A stretch of 64,000 nucleotides of DNA, from the NCBI GenBank assembly GCA_035340095.1, contig DAORGN010000001.1:2218-66217 (forward strand), in the 5' to 3' direction. The DNA comes from Pseudomonadota bacterium. GTDB taxonomy: Bacteria > Myxococcota_A > Polyangia > Palsa-1104 > JAEUJZ01. The translations under genes and the position numbers were made by a program. The notes beneath the pieces were generated by a model. That model ran no database searches, was not told the origin of the DNA, and saw nothing but the letters and a program-made list of their open reading frames with translations. Positions 9,355 to 17,162 of this stretch are shown here, piece after piece. Within the stretch, counting starts at the first letter, position 1. Each line of letters opens with the position of its first letter.

Positions 9355-9698
9355 CGCAGCGCTCCTTTTTTCACCGCGTAGCCCCAGCCGAGCAGCAGGA
9401 TGCCGACGAAAATTCCCATCTCGACGACACCAAGGTCGCGGACGGACACGCCCCACGGCAGCATGAACGCAGCTTCCACATCGAACAGGACGAAGAACAG
9501 CGCCAGCACGTAGTAGCGAGGATGAAATTGAATCCAGGTCGGACCCGCTTGATCTTCACCGCACTCATACGTCTGAAACTTGAGCGGCGATTCCTTGCGT
9601 GCACGGACGCGGAGAATCCAGCCCGCGCCCGCCATGCTAAGCGGGACCACGAATGAGAGGGCGAGAAAGACCAGCAGAGCGAGCCATGCGTCTGACAT
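9345..9698 (-). CDS. nuoA: NADH-quinone oxidoreductase subunit A
   Basis: Internal start MSDAWLALLVFLALS in ORF 9345..9713. It is a 117-aa three-helix protein with …YECGEDQAG…FHPRYYVLALFFVLFDVEAAFMLPW…, the ND3/NuoA pattern. It is the first gene of the cluster. Confidence 0.9.
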   Translation of the reverse strand: MSDAWLALLVFLALSFVVPLSMAGAGWILRVRARKESPLKFQTYECGEDQAGPTWIQFHPRYYVLALFFVLFDVEAAFMLPWGVSVRDLGVVEMGIFVGILLLGWGYAVKKGALRWQ

Positions 9699-9856
9699 CT
9701 CTTGGCACCTCACGGACCGCAGCGGCAGTTGAGCACGCCTTCGCCCAACTGGGAGTCATTCCCACTGTGGCTCGGACGTGTACCTGACAGTTTGTGGCCA
9801 GACCTTACGAGTGTTCGAGGGTGCTGTCAAGCTGACAGCGGTGGGAGCTCTCGTCG

Positions 9857-9891
9857 GGAAAAATGAATGCCCTGGCGCGTTAGGCCAGGGT
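9857..9891 (-). terminator. Putative intrinsic terminator downstream of htrA
   Basis: A GC hairpin ccctggc-gcgttag-gccaggg lies at about 9870-9890. On the minus strand it is followed by a T-rich run (plus-strand gggaaaaatg at about 9857-9866), roughly 75 nt after the htrA stop. Coordinates are approximate. Confidence 0.45.
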
Positions 9892-9966
9892 ATTGAGACG
9901 GTACAGCCTTGGCACGGGAACAGAGAAAAAGAGAACTGTGGGGGGAGTAATAAGTGCGAGGGGGGA

Positions 9967-11571
9967 CTACGGCGTGCTTGGTCGAATCAGGATGTAGACG
10001 CTGGAGTCGCCGCGCTGGATGAGAAGCACATGACCGCCGGGGCGCGCTTGGCCAAGCAGCTTGGTCGCTTCGTCCACCGACTTGACCGGATGGCGATCGA
10101 CTTCGGCGATCACGTCACCTTGGTGTAGACCGGCCTCGGCGGCTGGGCTGCCTGGCTTGACGCCGCCAATCACCACGCCTTGACCGCCTTTGATGCCCAG
10201 TCGTTCCGCGAGCTGCGGGGTCAGCGGTTGCAGTGCCAGACCCAGTTTGGCCCGCGCTGAGTTTGCATCGTCCGTCGAACCAGCGCTTTGAGCCGGTGCC
10301 TCATCCGAGGGGAGTTCGCCCGCCTTGGCGCTGATTGTGACCATTTTGCCGTCGCGCCAGATTTCCAGTGCAACCGGATCACCGACGCGATGGGTCAGCA
10401 CTTGGCGCTGAACCTCGCGGCTGTTCGCAATCGCTTTGCCGTCGACTTTGGTGATGATGTCGCCGCGTCGCACGCCGGCTTTTTCCGCCGGACCTCCGCC
10501 GGTTAGACCCTGGACGAGCGCGCCTTTTTCCGGTCCGCCCATCGCTTTGGCAAGGTCCGGTTCGTAAGGCTGCATCGTGATGCCAAGGAACGGACGGTGA
10601 ACCTTGCCGCTCGCGATAAGTTCGCTGACGACAGGCTTGGCCATGTCCGACGGGACTGCGAAGCCGATGCCGATGTTGCCGCCGGGCCCCAGGATGGCGG
10701 TGTTGATGCCAATCACTTCGCCCGACAGATTGACGAGCGGTCCACCCGAGTTGCCTGGGTTTATCGAAGCGTCGGTCTGGAGGAAGTCTTGGTAGTTGCT
10801 GCGGTTTTCGCCAATGCCCGAGCGGCCTTTGGCGCTGATGACACCGACGGTGACTGTGTGGTCCAGACCGAACGGGTTGCCAATCGCCATGACCCATTCA
10901 CCGACGAGCAGTTTTTCGGAATCACCAAGCCGCGCCGCCTTGAGGCTGTAGTCTTTCGGATCGACGCGAATCACTGCGAGGTCAGAGCGGGAGTCCGTAC
11001 CGACGATCTTGGCGGGGAGCTCTTTGCCGTCGATGAACTGGACTTTGATGTCATCGGCTTCACCGACGACGTGGTTGTTGGTCAGGATGTAGCCTTTGGC
11101 GTCGATGACCACACCCGAGCCGGCACCGCGCTGGACCGGGCCTTGGCGTTCTTCGGTGCCATCATCCTCGCCATCGTCATCAGGCATTCCGAAGGGGCTG
11201 CCAAAGGGACCAAAGTGGAACGGCAGCTCGCGGCCAAATGGACTGCCGCGGCGCATGACTTTGATCTTTTGCTTCTTGGCGACGCGGATGGCGACGACGC
11301 TGGGGGATACTTGCTCGGCGACTTGCGAAAACGTGCGAGACAAGCTGCGTGCGTCGGCGATCTGGCTTGGGGTGGGCGGGGGCAGGCTCGGCGCTTGGGT
11401 TTGCGGCAACAGCGGGGCGACGGCAGCCGGGGCGGCGGCACCAGGCGCGGCGGCAGATGCTTGCTGATCCCAGCTCACTTTGACCTTGGTGCAGGCGACG
11501 GTGATAAGTGCCCCGGTGGTAAAGAGGGCGAGGCTGCGGAACAAGCGGAAGGAAGTGGACTTGCCAGTCAT
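9967..11571 (-). CDS. htrA: HtrA/DegP-family periplasmic serine endoprotease with two PDZ domains
   Basis: ORF 9967..11625; the probable start is MTGKSTSFRLF (signal or anchor sequence). A trypsin-like triad context is present (…ILTNNHVVG…, …SDLAVIRV…, …GNSGGPLVN…), followed by two PDZ-like segments (…FLGITMQP…, …LGLALQPLTPQLAERLGI…). Confidence 0.9.
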   Translation of the reverse strand: MTGKSTSFRLFRSLALFTTGALITVACTKVKVSWDQQASAAAPGAAAPAAVAPLLPQTQAPSLPPPTPSQIADARSLSRTFSQVAEQVSPSVVAIRVAKKQKIKVMRRGSPFGRELPFHFGPFGSPFGMPDDDGEDDGTEERQGPVQRGAGSGVVIDAKGYILTNNHVVGEADDIKVQFIDGKELPAKIVGTDSRSDLAVIRVDPKDYSLKAARLGDSEKLLVGEWVMAIGNPFGLDHTVTVGVISAKGRSGIGENRSNYQDFLQTDASINPGNSGGPLVNLSGEVIGINTAILGPGGNIGIGFAVPSDMAKPVVSELIASGKVHRPFLGITMQPYEPDLAKAMGGPEKGALVQGLTGGGPAEKAGVRRGDIITKVDGKAIANSREVQRQVLTHRVGDPVALEIWRDGKMVTISAKAGELPSDEAPAQSAGSTDDANSARAKLGLALQPLTPQLAERLGIKGGQGVVIGGVKPGSPAAEAGLHQGDVIAEVDRHPVKSVDEATKLLGQARPGGHVLLIQRGDSSVYILIRPSTP

Positions 11572-11752
11572 ATCGCTACTGTCCTCCAAGAGGTGGGGCG
11601 TCCCCAAATCGGAATTGGGACACATCGACCGAAAAGCTAGTTACTGCCTGTGGAACATTCAAGGGGGCGCGGCTATTCCTAGCGGGCGGAAATTTTGCCA
11701 AAAACCGCCGCACGGGCTGTGGGCAGGCTCTTGTCTGATCGGCCCACCGGGG

Positions 11753-12688
11753 CTAGCTGCGACGGAATTGCACCGGCGGCCAGGCGTCCCCGAGTGCCGA
11801 CTCGACATCCTCGGGACGCAGGCGCTCACGATTGCTGTAAAGCATGATCGCCCGCTCCAGCACCGCTTCCAGTTCGCGAAAGTTGCCAGGCCAGTCGTGC
11901 CGCTTGAGTAGCGAGAGCGTGTCTTCTTCAACGAGAAACACGCTATCGGGCGAAGCTGGGCTGTTCGCATCGACCAGCTCGGCGGGGCGTTCGTCGTGGA
12001 AGCTGCGCAGGATGCGGTTGCAGATCCACAGCGTCGAGTGCGCGATGTCTTGCGGCCTTTCGCGCAGCGGTGGAACGTGCAGCACAATCCGCAGGAGCCG
12101 ATAGGCCAAGTCGTGCCGAAACTGCCCAGCCCGCACTGCCTGTGGCAAGTTTCCGTCGGTCAGCGCAATCAGCGCGACGCCGTTTTCCGTCCCCAGCCGG
12201 TGCTCTTGCAAGTGTTCATGCAGGCTGCGCTGAACATCGAGCGGCATCACCAGCAGTTCGTCGAGCAAAAGCGATCCTCCATCGGCTTTCGACAAAAGAC
12301 CGTCTTCATAGCGACTGCATACTGCTCCGTCGCCGCTCATGTAGGTGTCGGGGCCAAAAAACTGCTTTAGCATTTCCTCCGACGAACAGCCGGCCAGATG
12401 CGCACGAACTTGGGGCGCGCCGCTCGGATGCATCAGTCGATGGAGGAGCTTCGCCAGACCTTCTTTTCCCGTCCCCGGCTCGCCATAAATCACGACATGG
12501 GTTCGAAACGGACGGTCTTGCAACCGCTCGATGACTCGCAGAATGCGCGCCATGTCGGGGTGTGCGTCGGACATGCGTCCAAACGCCGAAATCCAGGTAC
12601 TCAGTTGCAGCTCTCCGCCGCCAAAGATCCCGGACGTTTCGTTCGGTATGGCGCTGTGGGATGAAGCGGTCTCGCGCGCTTTCCTCAT
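11753..12688 (-). CDS. Sigma54-activator-like AAA+ ATPase (degenerate; no receiver, GAFTGA loop or HTH recognisable)
   Basis: Walker A VVIYGEPGTGKEGLAKLLH, Walker B GGSLLLDELL, …FRHDLAYRLLRIVLHVPPLRERPQDI… and …WPGNFRELEAVLERA… match the bEBP central domain. The GAFTGA position reads …DTYMSGDGAV…, and the protein ends about 35 aa after the sensor-II region. The start is uncertain (12688, or the internal M at 12574). Confidence 0.7.
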   Translation of the reverse strand: MRKARETASSHSAIPNETSGIFGGGELQLSTWISAFGRMSDAHPDMARILRVIERLQDRPFRTHVVIYGEPGTGKEGLAKLLHRLMHPSGAPQVRAHLAGCSSEEMLKQFFGPDTYMSGDGAVCSRYEDGLLSKADGGSLLLDELLVMPLDVQRSLHEHLQEHRLGTENGVALIALTDGNLPQAVRAGQFRHDLAYRLLRIVLHVPPLRERPQDIAHSTLWICNRILRSFHDERPAELVDANSPASPDSVFLVEEDTLSLLKRHDWPGNFRELEAVLERAIMLYSNRERLRPEDVESALGDAWPPVQFRRS

Positions 12689-12733
12689 AAACAGACACGA
12701 TATCAGAGTGGCGCGGCTCGAAAAAAGCGACTC

Positions 12734-14155
12734 TTGACGCTATGCCGCAAGCGGACTGAGACTGCGAAGACGGTGCAAAAGCGATTTTTTTCAAGTCGAG
12801 CCTGTAAGACGACGCTGCTTGGCTGGGTTCTGGGCCCGATTTTTTCGCTGTGCGGCGTGACGGCTGCCGCCGAGACTTCACCTGTGGGGCCGGTGCCGCT
12901 TACGCCACCTGCACTGCCGACGGAGCCTTTGCGCTACAGCGACGAATGGGTGAAAAAAGAACTGACCGAGCTGCACCTGCGCTATCCGAAGCTGACCAAG
13001 CTGGTGCCGATTGGGAAATCGCACGAGGGGCGACCGCTGTGGGCACTGGCGATTGGTCGCAACCTGAAGCGCCACGACGGACGTCCGGCCATTTTGGTGA
13101 ACGCTGCGCACCACGGCGTCGAGACGTTTTCGATAGACCTGGCGCTCGATGTTGCCGACGTGCTGCTTTTGCGCGCGGGCGATGACCAGCGACAGGGGCT
13201 GCGGATCGATCCGGGCCTGGACAAAAAAGTGCAGCGCTGGCTAAAAGAACTGGTCATCTGGTGCGTGCCCGTCGTCAATCCCGACGGTGTTTGGGCATCG
13301 CTGCATGGTTTTGTGCGCACCGGACGCAAAAACGGTCGCGACAACAACGGCAACGGCAAGCCGGATCGCGGCGACGGCGTCGATCTCAACCGCAACTATC
13401 CATTTCGCTGGGGCTTTCTTGGCGACAAAGGCAGCTCGCCGCAGCCCGACAGTGCATATTTTCGCGGGCCCGCTGCGGGATCAGAGCCGGAAACCCAAGC
13501 GATTATGCGCCTGGCCGAAAGTGAGCACTTTGCAGCTTCGCTGTCTTTTCATACCGGCAATGTGACGGTGCTCGCGCCGTATACCATCGACAACGTGCAG
13601 AGTCCGACGCCGAACGAAGCGTGGACCGTCGCTGAAGAGCTGGTCGCCGGGCTGCCTCGTCATCCGCAAGGCAAAGACATCATCGTCCGTCGCAACATCT
13701 ATCCCGTCGATGGCACCGATCAGGACTATCTGCGCGGACAGTTTGGTACGCTGGCGCTGCTCGTCGAAGGTGCGCGGCGTGATCCGACGCAGGCCGAGGC
13801 GCGACGCAACGTCGTCTTGGCGATGCGACCGATCTGGACGCGACTTCTCGATCGGTATTTGGATGGTCCGTCGGTGTATGGTGTGGTTCGGGATGGCAAA
13901 GGGCGTCCGGTCGTCGCGGACGTCAGCATTGTTGAGCAGACGATGGCCGAACAAGAGCACTGGCAGACCCGCTGCCGCGACGGACACTACGATCGATTTT
14001 TGCCAGGGCCAGGGGAATATACGGTGCGGGTGACGGCACCTGGGGTCGCGCCGAAAGATCAGCGGATCAAAGTCGGCAAAGAACGGCTGCGGATCGATTT
14101 TACCGTCGAGGCTGCGGCTTCTTCTGGACAGTGCCCGAAGGAACCACCGGGATAG
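12734..14155 (+). CDS. M14-family zinc carboxypeptidase with C-terminal carboxypeptidase-regulatory-like domain
   Basis: It has a signal-like N-terminus. The zinc and substrate motifs are present (…NAAHHGVETFS… as HxxE, …VVNPDG…, …VDLNRNYPF…, …SFHTG…). The C-terminal beta-sandwich-like segment reads …YGVVRDGKGRPVVADVSIVE…YTVRVTAPGVAP…. The listed start is a non-ATG codon and is uncertain. Confidence 0.8.
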   Translation: MTLCRKRTETAKTVQKRFFSSRACKTTLLGWVLGPIFSLCGVTAAAETSPVGPVPLTPPALPTEPLRYSDEWVKKELTELHLRYPKLTKLVPIGKSHEGRPLWALAIGRNLKRHDGRPAILVNAAHHGVETFSIDLALDVADVLLLRAGDDQRQGLRIDPGLDKKVQRWLKELVIWCVPVVNPDGVWASLHGFVRTGRKNGRDNNGNGKPDRGDGVDLNRNYPFRWGFLGDKGSSPQPDSAYFRGPAAGSEPETQAIMRLAESEHFAASLSFHTGNVTVLAPYTIDNVQSPTPNEAWTVAEELVAGLPRHPQGKDIIVRRNIYPVDGTDQDYLRGQFGTLALLVEGARRDPTQAEARRNVVLAMRPIWTRLLDRYLDGPSVYGVVRDGKGRPVVADVSIVEQTMAEQEHWQTRCRDGHYDRFLPGPGEYTVRVTAPGVAPKDQRIKVGKERLRIDFTVEAAASSGQCPKEPPG

Positions 14156-16451
14156 GCTCGGGCAGCGGTGGGGCACCGGCGCCCGGTTTGACCGCCAGAT
14201 GGGCCAGCTCGGGACGCAGCACCGCTGAAAACGCACCGACGATGCGTCCCCACAGTCGCTCGGTGACCACTGGATCGGGAACCATGTGGGTGAGCCCCGG
14301 CAGCGGCAGAAGTTCGTGCGGCTTGCCGGCGCGGAACAGTGCTTGGGACAGCTTCAGGCTGTGGAAAAACAGCACGTTGTCGTCTGCGGTTCCGTGGATA
14401 AGCACAAGCGGCCTGCGAAGCTGCGACGCATAGGTCAAAAGCGACGATCGCTCATAGCCGTCGGGGTTTTCCTGCGGCGTGCTGATGTAGCGTTCGGTGT
14501 AACAAGTGTCGTAGTCGCGCCAATCGACGACGGGGGCTCCGGCGACACCGATGTGGAAGACATCCGGCCTGCGCAAAGCCGCGAGCGCCGCCATATAGCC
14601 GCCAAACGACCAACCGAAAATACCGACGCGCGAGAGATCCATCTCTGGATACTTGTCGCCTGCGGCTTGCAGCGCTGCGACCTGGTCTTCGAGAGGAATG
14701 TCGGCAAAATTGCCCGCGATCGCGTGTTCCCACGTCGTGCCGCGTCCCGGCGTCCCGCGTCCGTCGGCCATAAACACGATGAAGCCATGATCGGCCAGCC
14801 ACTGGTCGAGCATGTACATTCCCGCAATCGCCATCACTTGGTTGTGGTGCGGCCCGCCGTAGACATGCACCAGCACCGGGTATTTTTTCCCCGGCTGGAA
14901 GTTGCGCGGTCTGACGAGCAGCGAGCGATAGTTCTGCGTGCCGACCTGCGTCACTTCCAGGTTTGGGACAAACGGCGGCGTCGTGGACACCGACGGAAGC
15001 TCACCAACAACTTGATCGCTTGCTGCGGCTTGGCTGGATTCGGGAACCCGCATCACCACCGTCTTGCCAAGCTGCGTCGTCGAAAACGAGCTAAGCACAT
15101 AGACGCCGGGATGTTGTCCGAAGCTGGCCGCGTGATAGCCGCCCGCTTGCGTTAGTCGGAGCGGCACACCCGACAGCATCGACACGCGATAGATGTCTTG
15201 CTGCGTCGGCTCGTTGCTGGCGGCGTAGCTTATGTAACCGCTTTGCTCATCGACGTGGAGCAGCTTGCGGAAGCCCTGGCTTTTGTCGACGACCAGGCGC
15301 TTTAGTCCACCTTGGTAATCGCGCAGCTCAAGCTCTCTGCTGCCGTCTCGTTCACTGGTCCACAGAAAACCCGAACCGTCGCGCAGCGGCCTGGGGACAT
15401 CTTGATCAATGTTGATCCATGCGTCACTGTGTTCGTGCAAAAGCCGCTGGGTCTGCCCCGTTTTTAGATCGACCGTGACAAGCTCCAGATCGCGCTGGCT
15501 GCGGCTTAGCAGGGTCAAAAGCAGCGGTCCGCCTTCGCGCCAGACCACCGTCGCCAAGTAGGGCAGTTTGTCGCGCTGCCACTGCACCCACTGGGGCGCG
15601 GCCCCCGTCAGGGCGATAAGTCCAAGCCGCACTTCGGCGTTGTCGGTTCCGGCGCGTGGATAGCGATGCGGCTGCGGCGGCTGCTCGGGATGAAGTGCAT
15701 CACCTACGTACAGCGTCTCGACCGGCTGGTTGTTTACCTCGGTAAACGCGATCATCGTGCTATCGGGCGACCAGAAAAAACCCGAAAAACGATGCAGCTC
15801 TTCTTGGGCGACAAACTCGGCGCTGCCATAGCTTATGACCGGGTTTGTGCTGTGCATGAGCCGTCGCTCACGCCGCGTTGCCAAATCCATCACGTACAGG
15901 TCACGCCCGCGGACGTAGGCGACGGCTTTGCCGCTTGGCGACAGATGCGGATCGACGATCGGTTCACCGCTGCGCTCGCTTGGATCGGTGACGGGGGTTA
16001 TCTCGCTCGAATCGGCGGTCCGCAGCTGATAGGTGTAGAGCTTGCCCGACAGCGGAATCAGCAGAAAGCTGCCGTCTTTGGACAGCTCGAACGACGTGAA
16101 TCCGCGCATCGACTGTCGCATTCGTTCGCGTCGTGCTTTTTCTTCGACGGAAAGATGCTCCTCCGCACCTTGCAGAAGCTGCGCTGGGGACAGCAGCTCT
16201 CGGGTTTGTCCCGTCGCTACATCCAGAACGTGGAGCCGCAGCTCGGGCGAAGCCGCCGTGGCGCGCAGAAACAGCACTTGCTTGCCGTCGGGCGTCGGGG
16301 TTGGACGCATCGGCTTGCCGAGTGAAAAGCCGCGCGTTCTGGCATGCTGGCCCAGATAACCGGGAACAGGACCGATGGTTTCCGACGGACCGGGCGAAGC
16401 GTTGGCTACAGAAGAGAGGGACAGATACAGGAGCAGTGAGGCTCTGCGCAT
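14100..16451 (-). CDS. S9-family dipeptidyl-peptidase IV / prolyl oligopeptidase-like serine peptidase
   Basis: 783 aa with a signal peptide and a long N-terminal propeller-type region. The C-terminal alpha/beta hydrolase domain has the nucleophile elbow …GIFGWSFGGYMA…, …LIHGTADDNV… and a C-terminal His. The 3' end overlaps the convergent carboxypeptidase gene by 56 nt. Confidence 0.85.
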   Translation of the reverse strand: MRRASLLLYLSLSSVANASPGPSETIGPVPGYLGQHARTRGFSLGKPMRPTPTPDGKQVLFLRATAASPELRLHVLDVATGQTRELLSPAQLLQGAEEHLSVEEKARRERMRQSMRGFTSFELSKDGSFLLIPLSGKLYTYQLRTADSSEITPVTDPSERSGEPIVDPHLSPSGKAVAYVRGRDLYVMDLATRRERRLMHSTNPVISYGSAEFVAQEELHRFSGFFWSPDSTMIAFTEVNNQPVETLYVGDALHPEQPPQPHRYPRAGTDNAEVRLGLIALTGAAPQWVQWQRDKLPYLATVVWREGGPLLLTLLSRSQRDLELVTVDLKTGQTQRLLHEHSDAWINIDQDVPRPLRDGSGFLWTSERDGSRELELRDYQGGLKRLVVDKSQGFRKLLHVDEQSGYISYAASNEPTQQDIYRVSMLSGVPLRLTQAGGYHAASFGQHPGVYVLSSFSTTQLGKTVVMRVPESSQAAASDQVVGELPSVSTTPPFVPNLEVTQVGTQNYRSLLVRPRNFQPGKKYPVLVHVYGGPHHNQVMAIAGMYMLDQWLADHGFIVFMADGRGTPGRGTTWEHAIAGNFADIPLEDQVAALQAAGDKYPEMDLSRVGIFGWSFGGYMAALAALRRPDVFHIGVAGAPVVDWRDYDTCYTERYISTPQENPDGYERSSLLTYASQLRRPLVLIHGTADDNVLFFHSLKLSQALFRAGKPHELLPLPGLTHMVPDPVVTERLWGRIVGAFSAVLRPELAHLAVKPGAGAPPLPEPIPVVPSGTVQKKPQPRR

Positions 16452-16470
16452 AGAGAGGAAACTATCACAA

Positions 16471-17040
16471 TCACTTTGGGCGCGCCGTTCGCTTCTGGAT
16501 GGCTTCGCAGATTGGCTCGGGGCGACGCAAGCGGTTCTTCACTTGTTCCTCGCTGACGTTGTACGCGGTCTGGAATTCGAGGCCGTCTTCGTACAGTTCG
16601 TCCCACGATGCTTCGTCTGCGACGTATTGGGCCGGACGTTTGCCTTTGTACACCAAGCGTCCGAGGTTTGCGGCGCGGGCGCGAAGACCGTTCCACAGCT
16701 CGCTGCCGAGATAGCCCGAAAACAGCGTTAGATCGTCGTCGAGCGTGCCAAAGATGTCGTCGAAGCGACTGCGAAATCGATCGGCTTCTTCGCTCTTGTC
16801 CGCTGCGATGTTCCCGAAGGCAATGCGCAGCAAAAAGACGTCTTCAAGGAAGCGTTCCGGACCGGACCCGTCTTGGTGCCCGAACGTTTGCACAAGGACA
16901 CTGGCGGCTTGTTCGCGGATGTTTTGGGGCAGCTCAACGTCGGTGATGACCTCTTGCAGCACTTTCAGGTCAAACGGCAACGACAAGAGCAAGTCGCAGA
17001 CCCGTGACAGGAACAGTTGCCCATTCTCGGTGGGGCGCAT
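16471..17040 (-). CDS. Hypothetical protein (189 aa, acidic, no recognised motif)
   Basis: Clean ORF with host-like codon usage, and no competing ORF of comparable quality. I recognise no family. Confidence 0.5.
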   Translation of the reverse strand: MRPTENGQLFLSRVCDLLLSLPFDLKVLQEVITDVELPQNIREQAASVLVQTFGHQDGSGPERFLEDVFLLRIAFGNIAADKSEEADRFRSRFDDIFGTLDDDLTLFSGYLGSELWNGLRARAANLGRLVYKGKRPAQYVADEASWDELYEDGLEFQTAYNVSEEQVKNRLRRPEPICEAIQKRTARPK

Positions 17041-17162
17041 GATTTCTCTTACCTGATACCAAGCTAGACTTTCAAGGATAGAGACGGAATGCCGGTCTGT
17101 CTACGACGGGCTGGACGAGGGCCCCGCTTTTTCTTAGCCTAGAGGAATCACTTGGGGGAGTC

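Noticed and set aside
10597-11640. 347-aa plus-strand ORF
   Set aside because: It is antisense to the htrA gene, which has a clear protease triad and PDZ domains. It has no motif and an Asp/Gly/Arg-rich composition.
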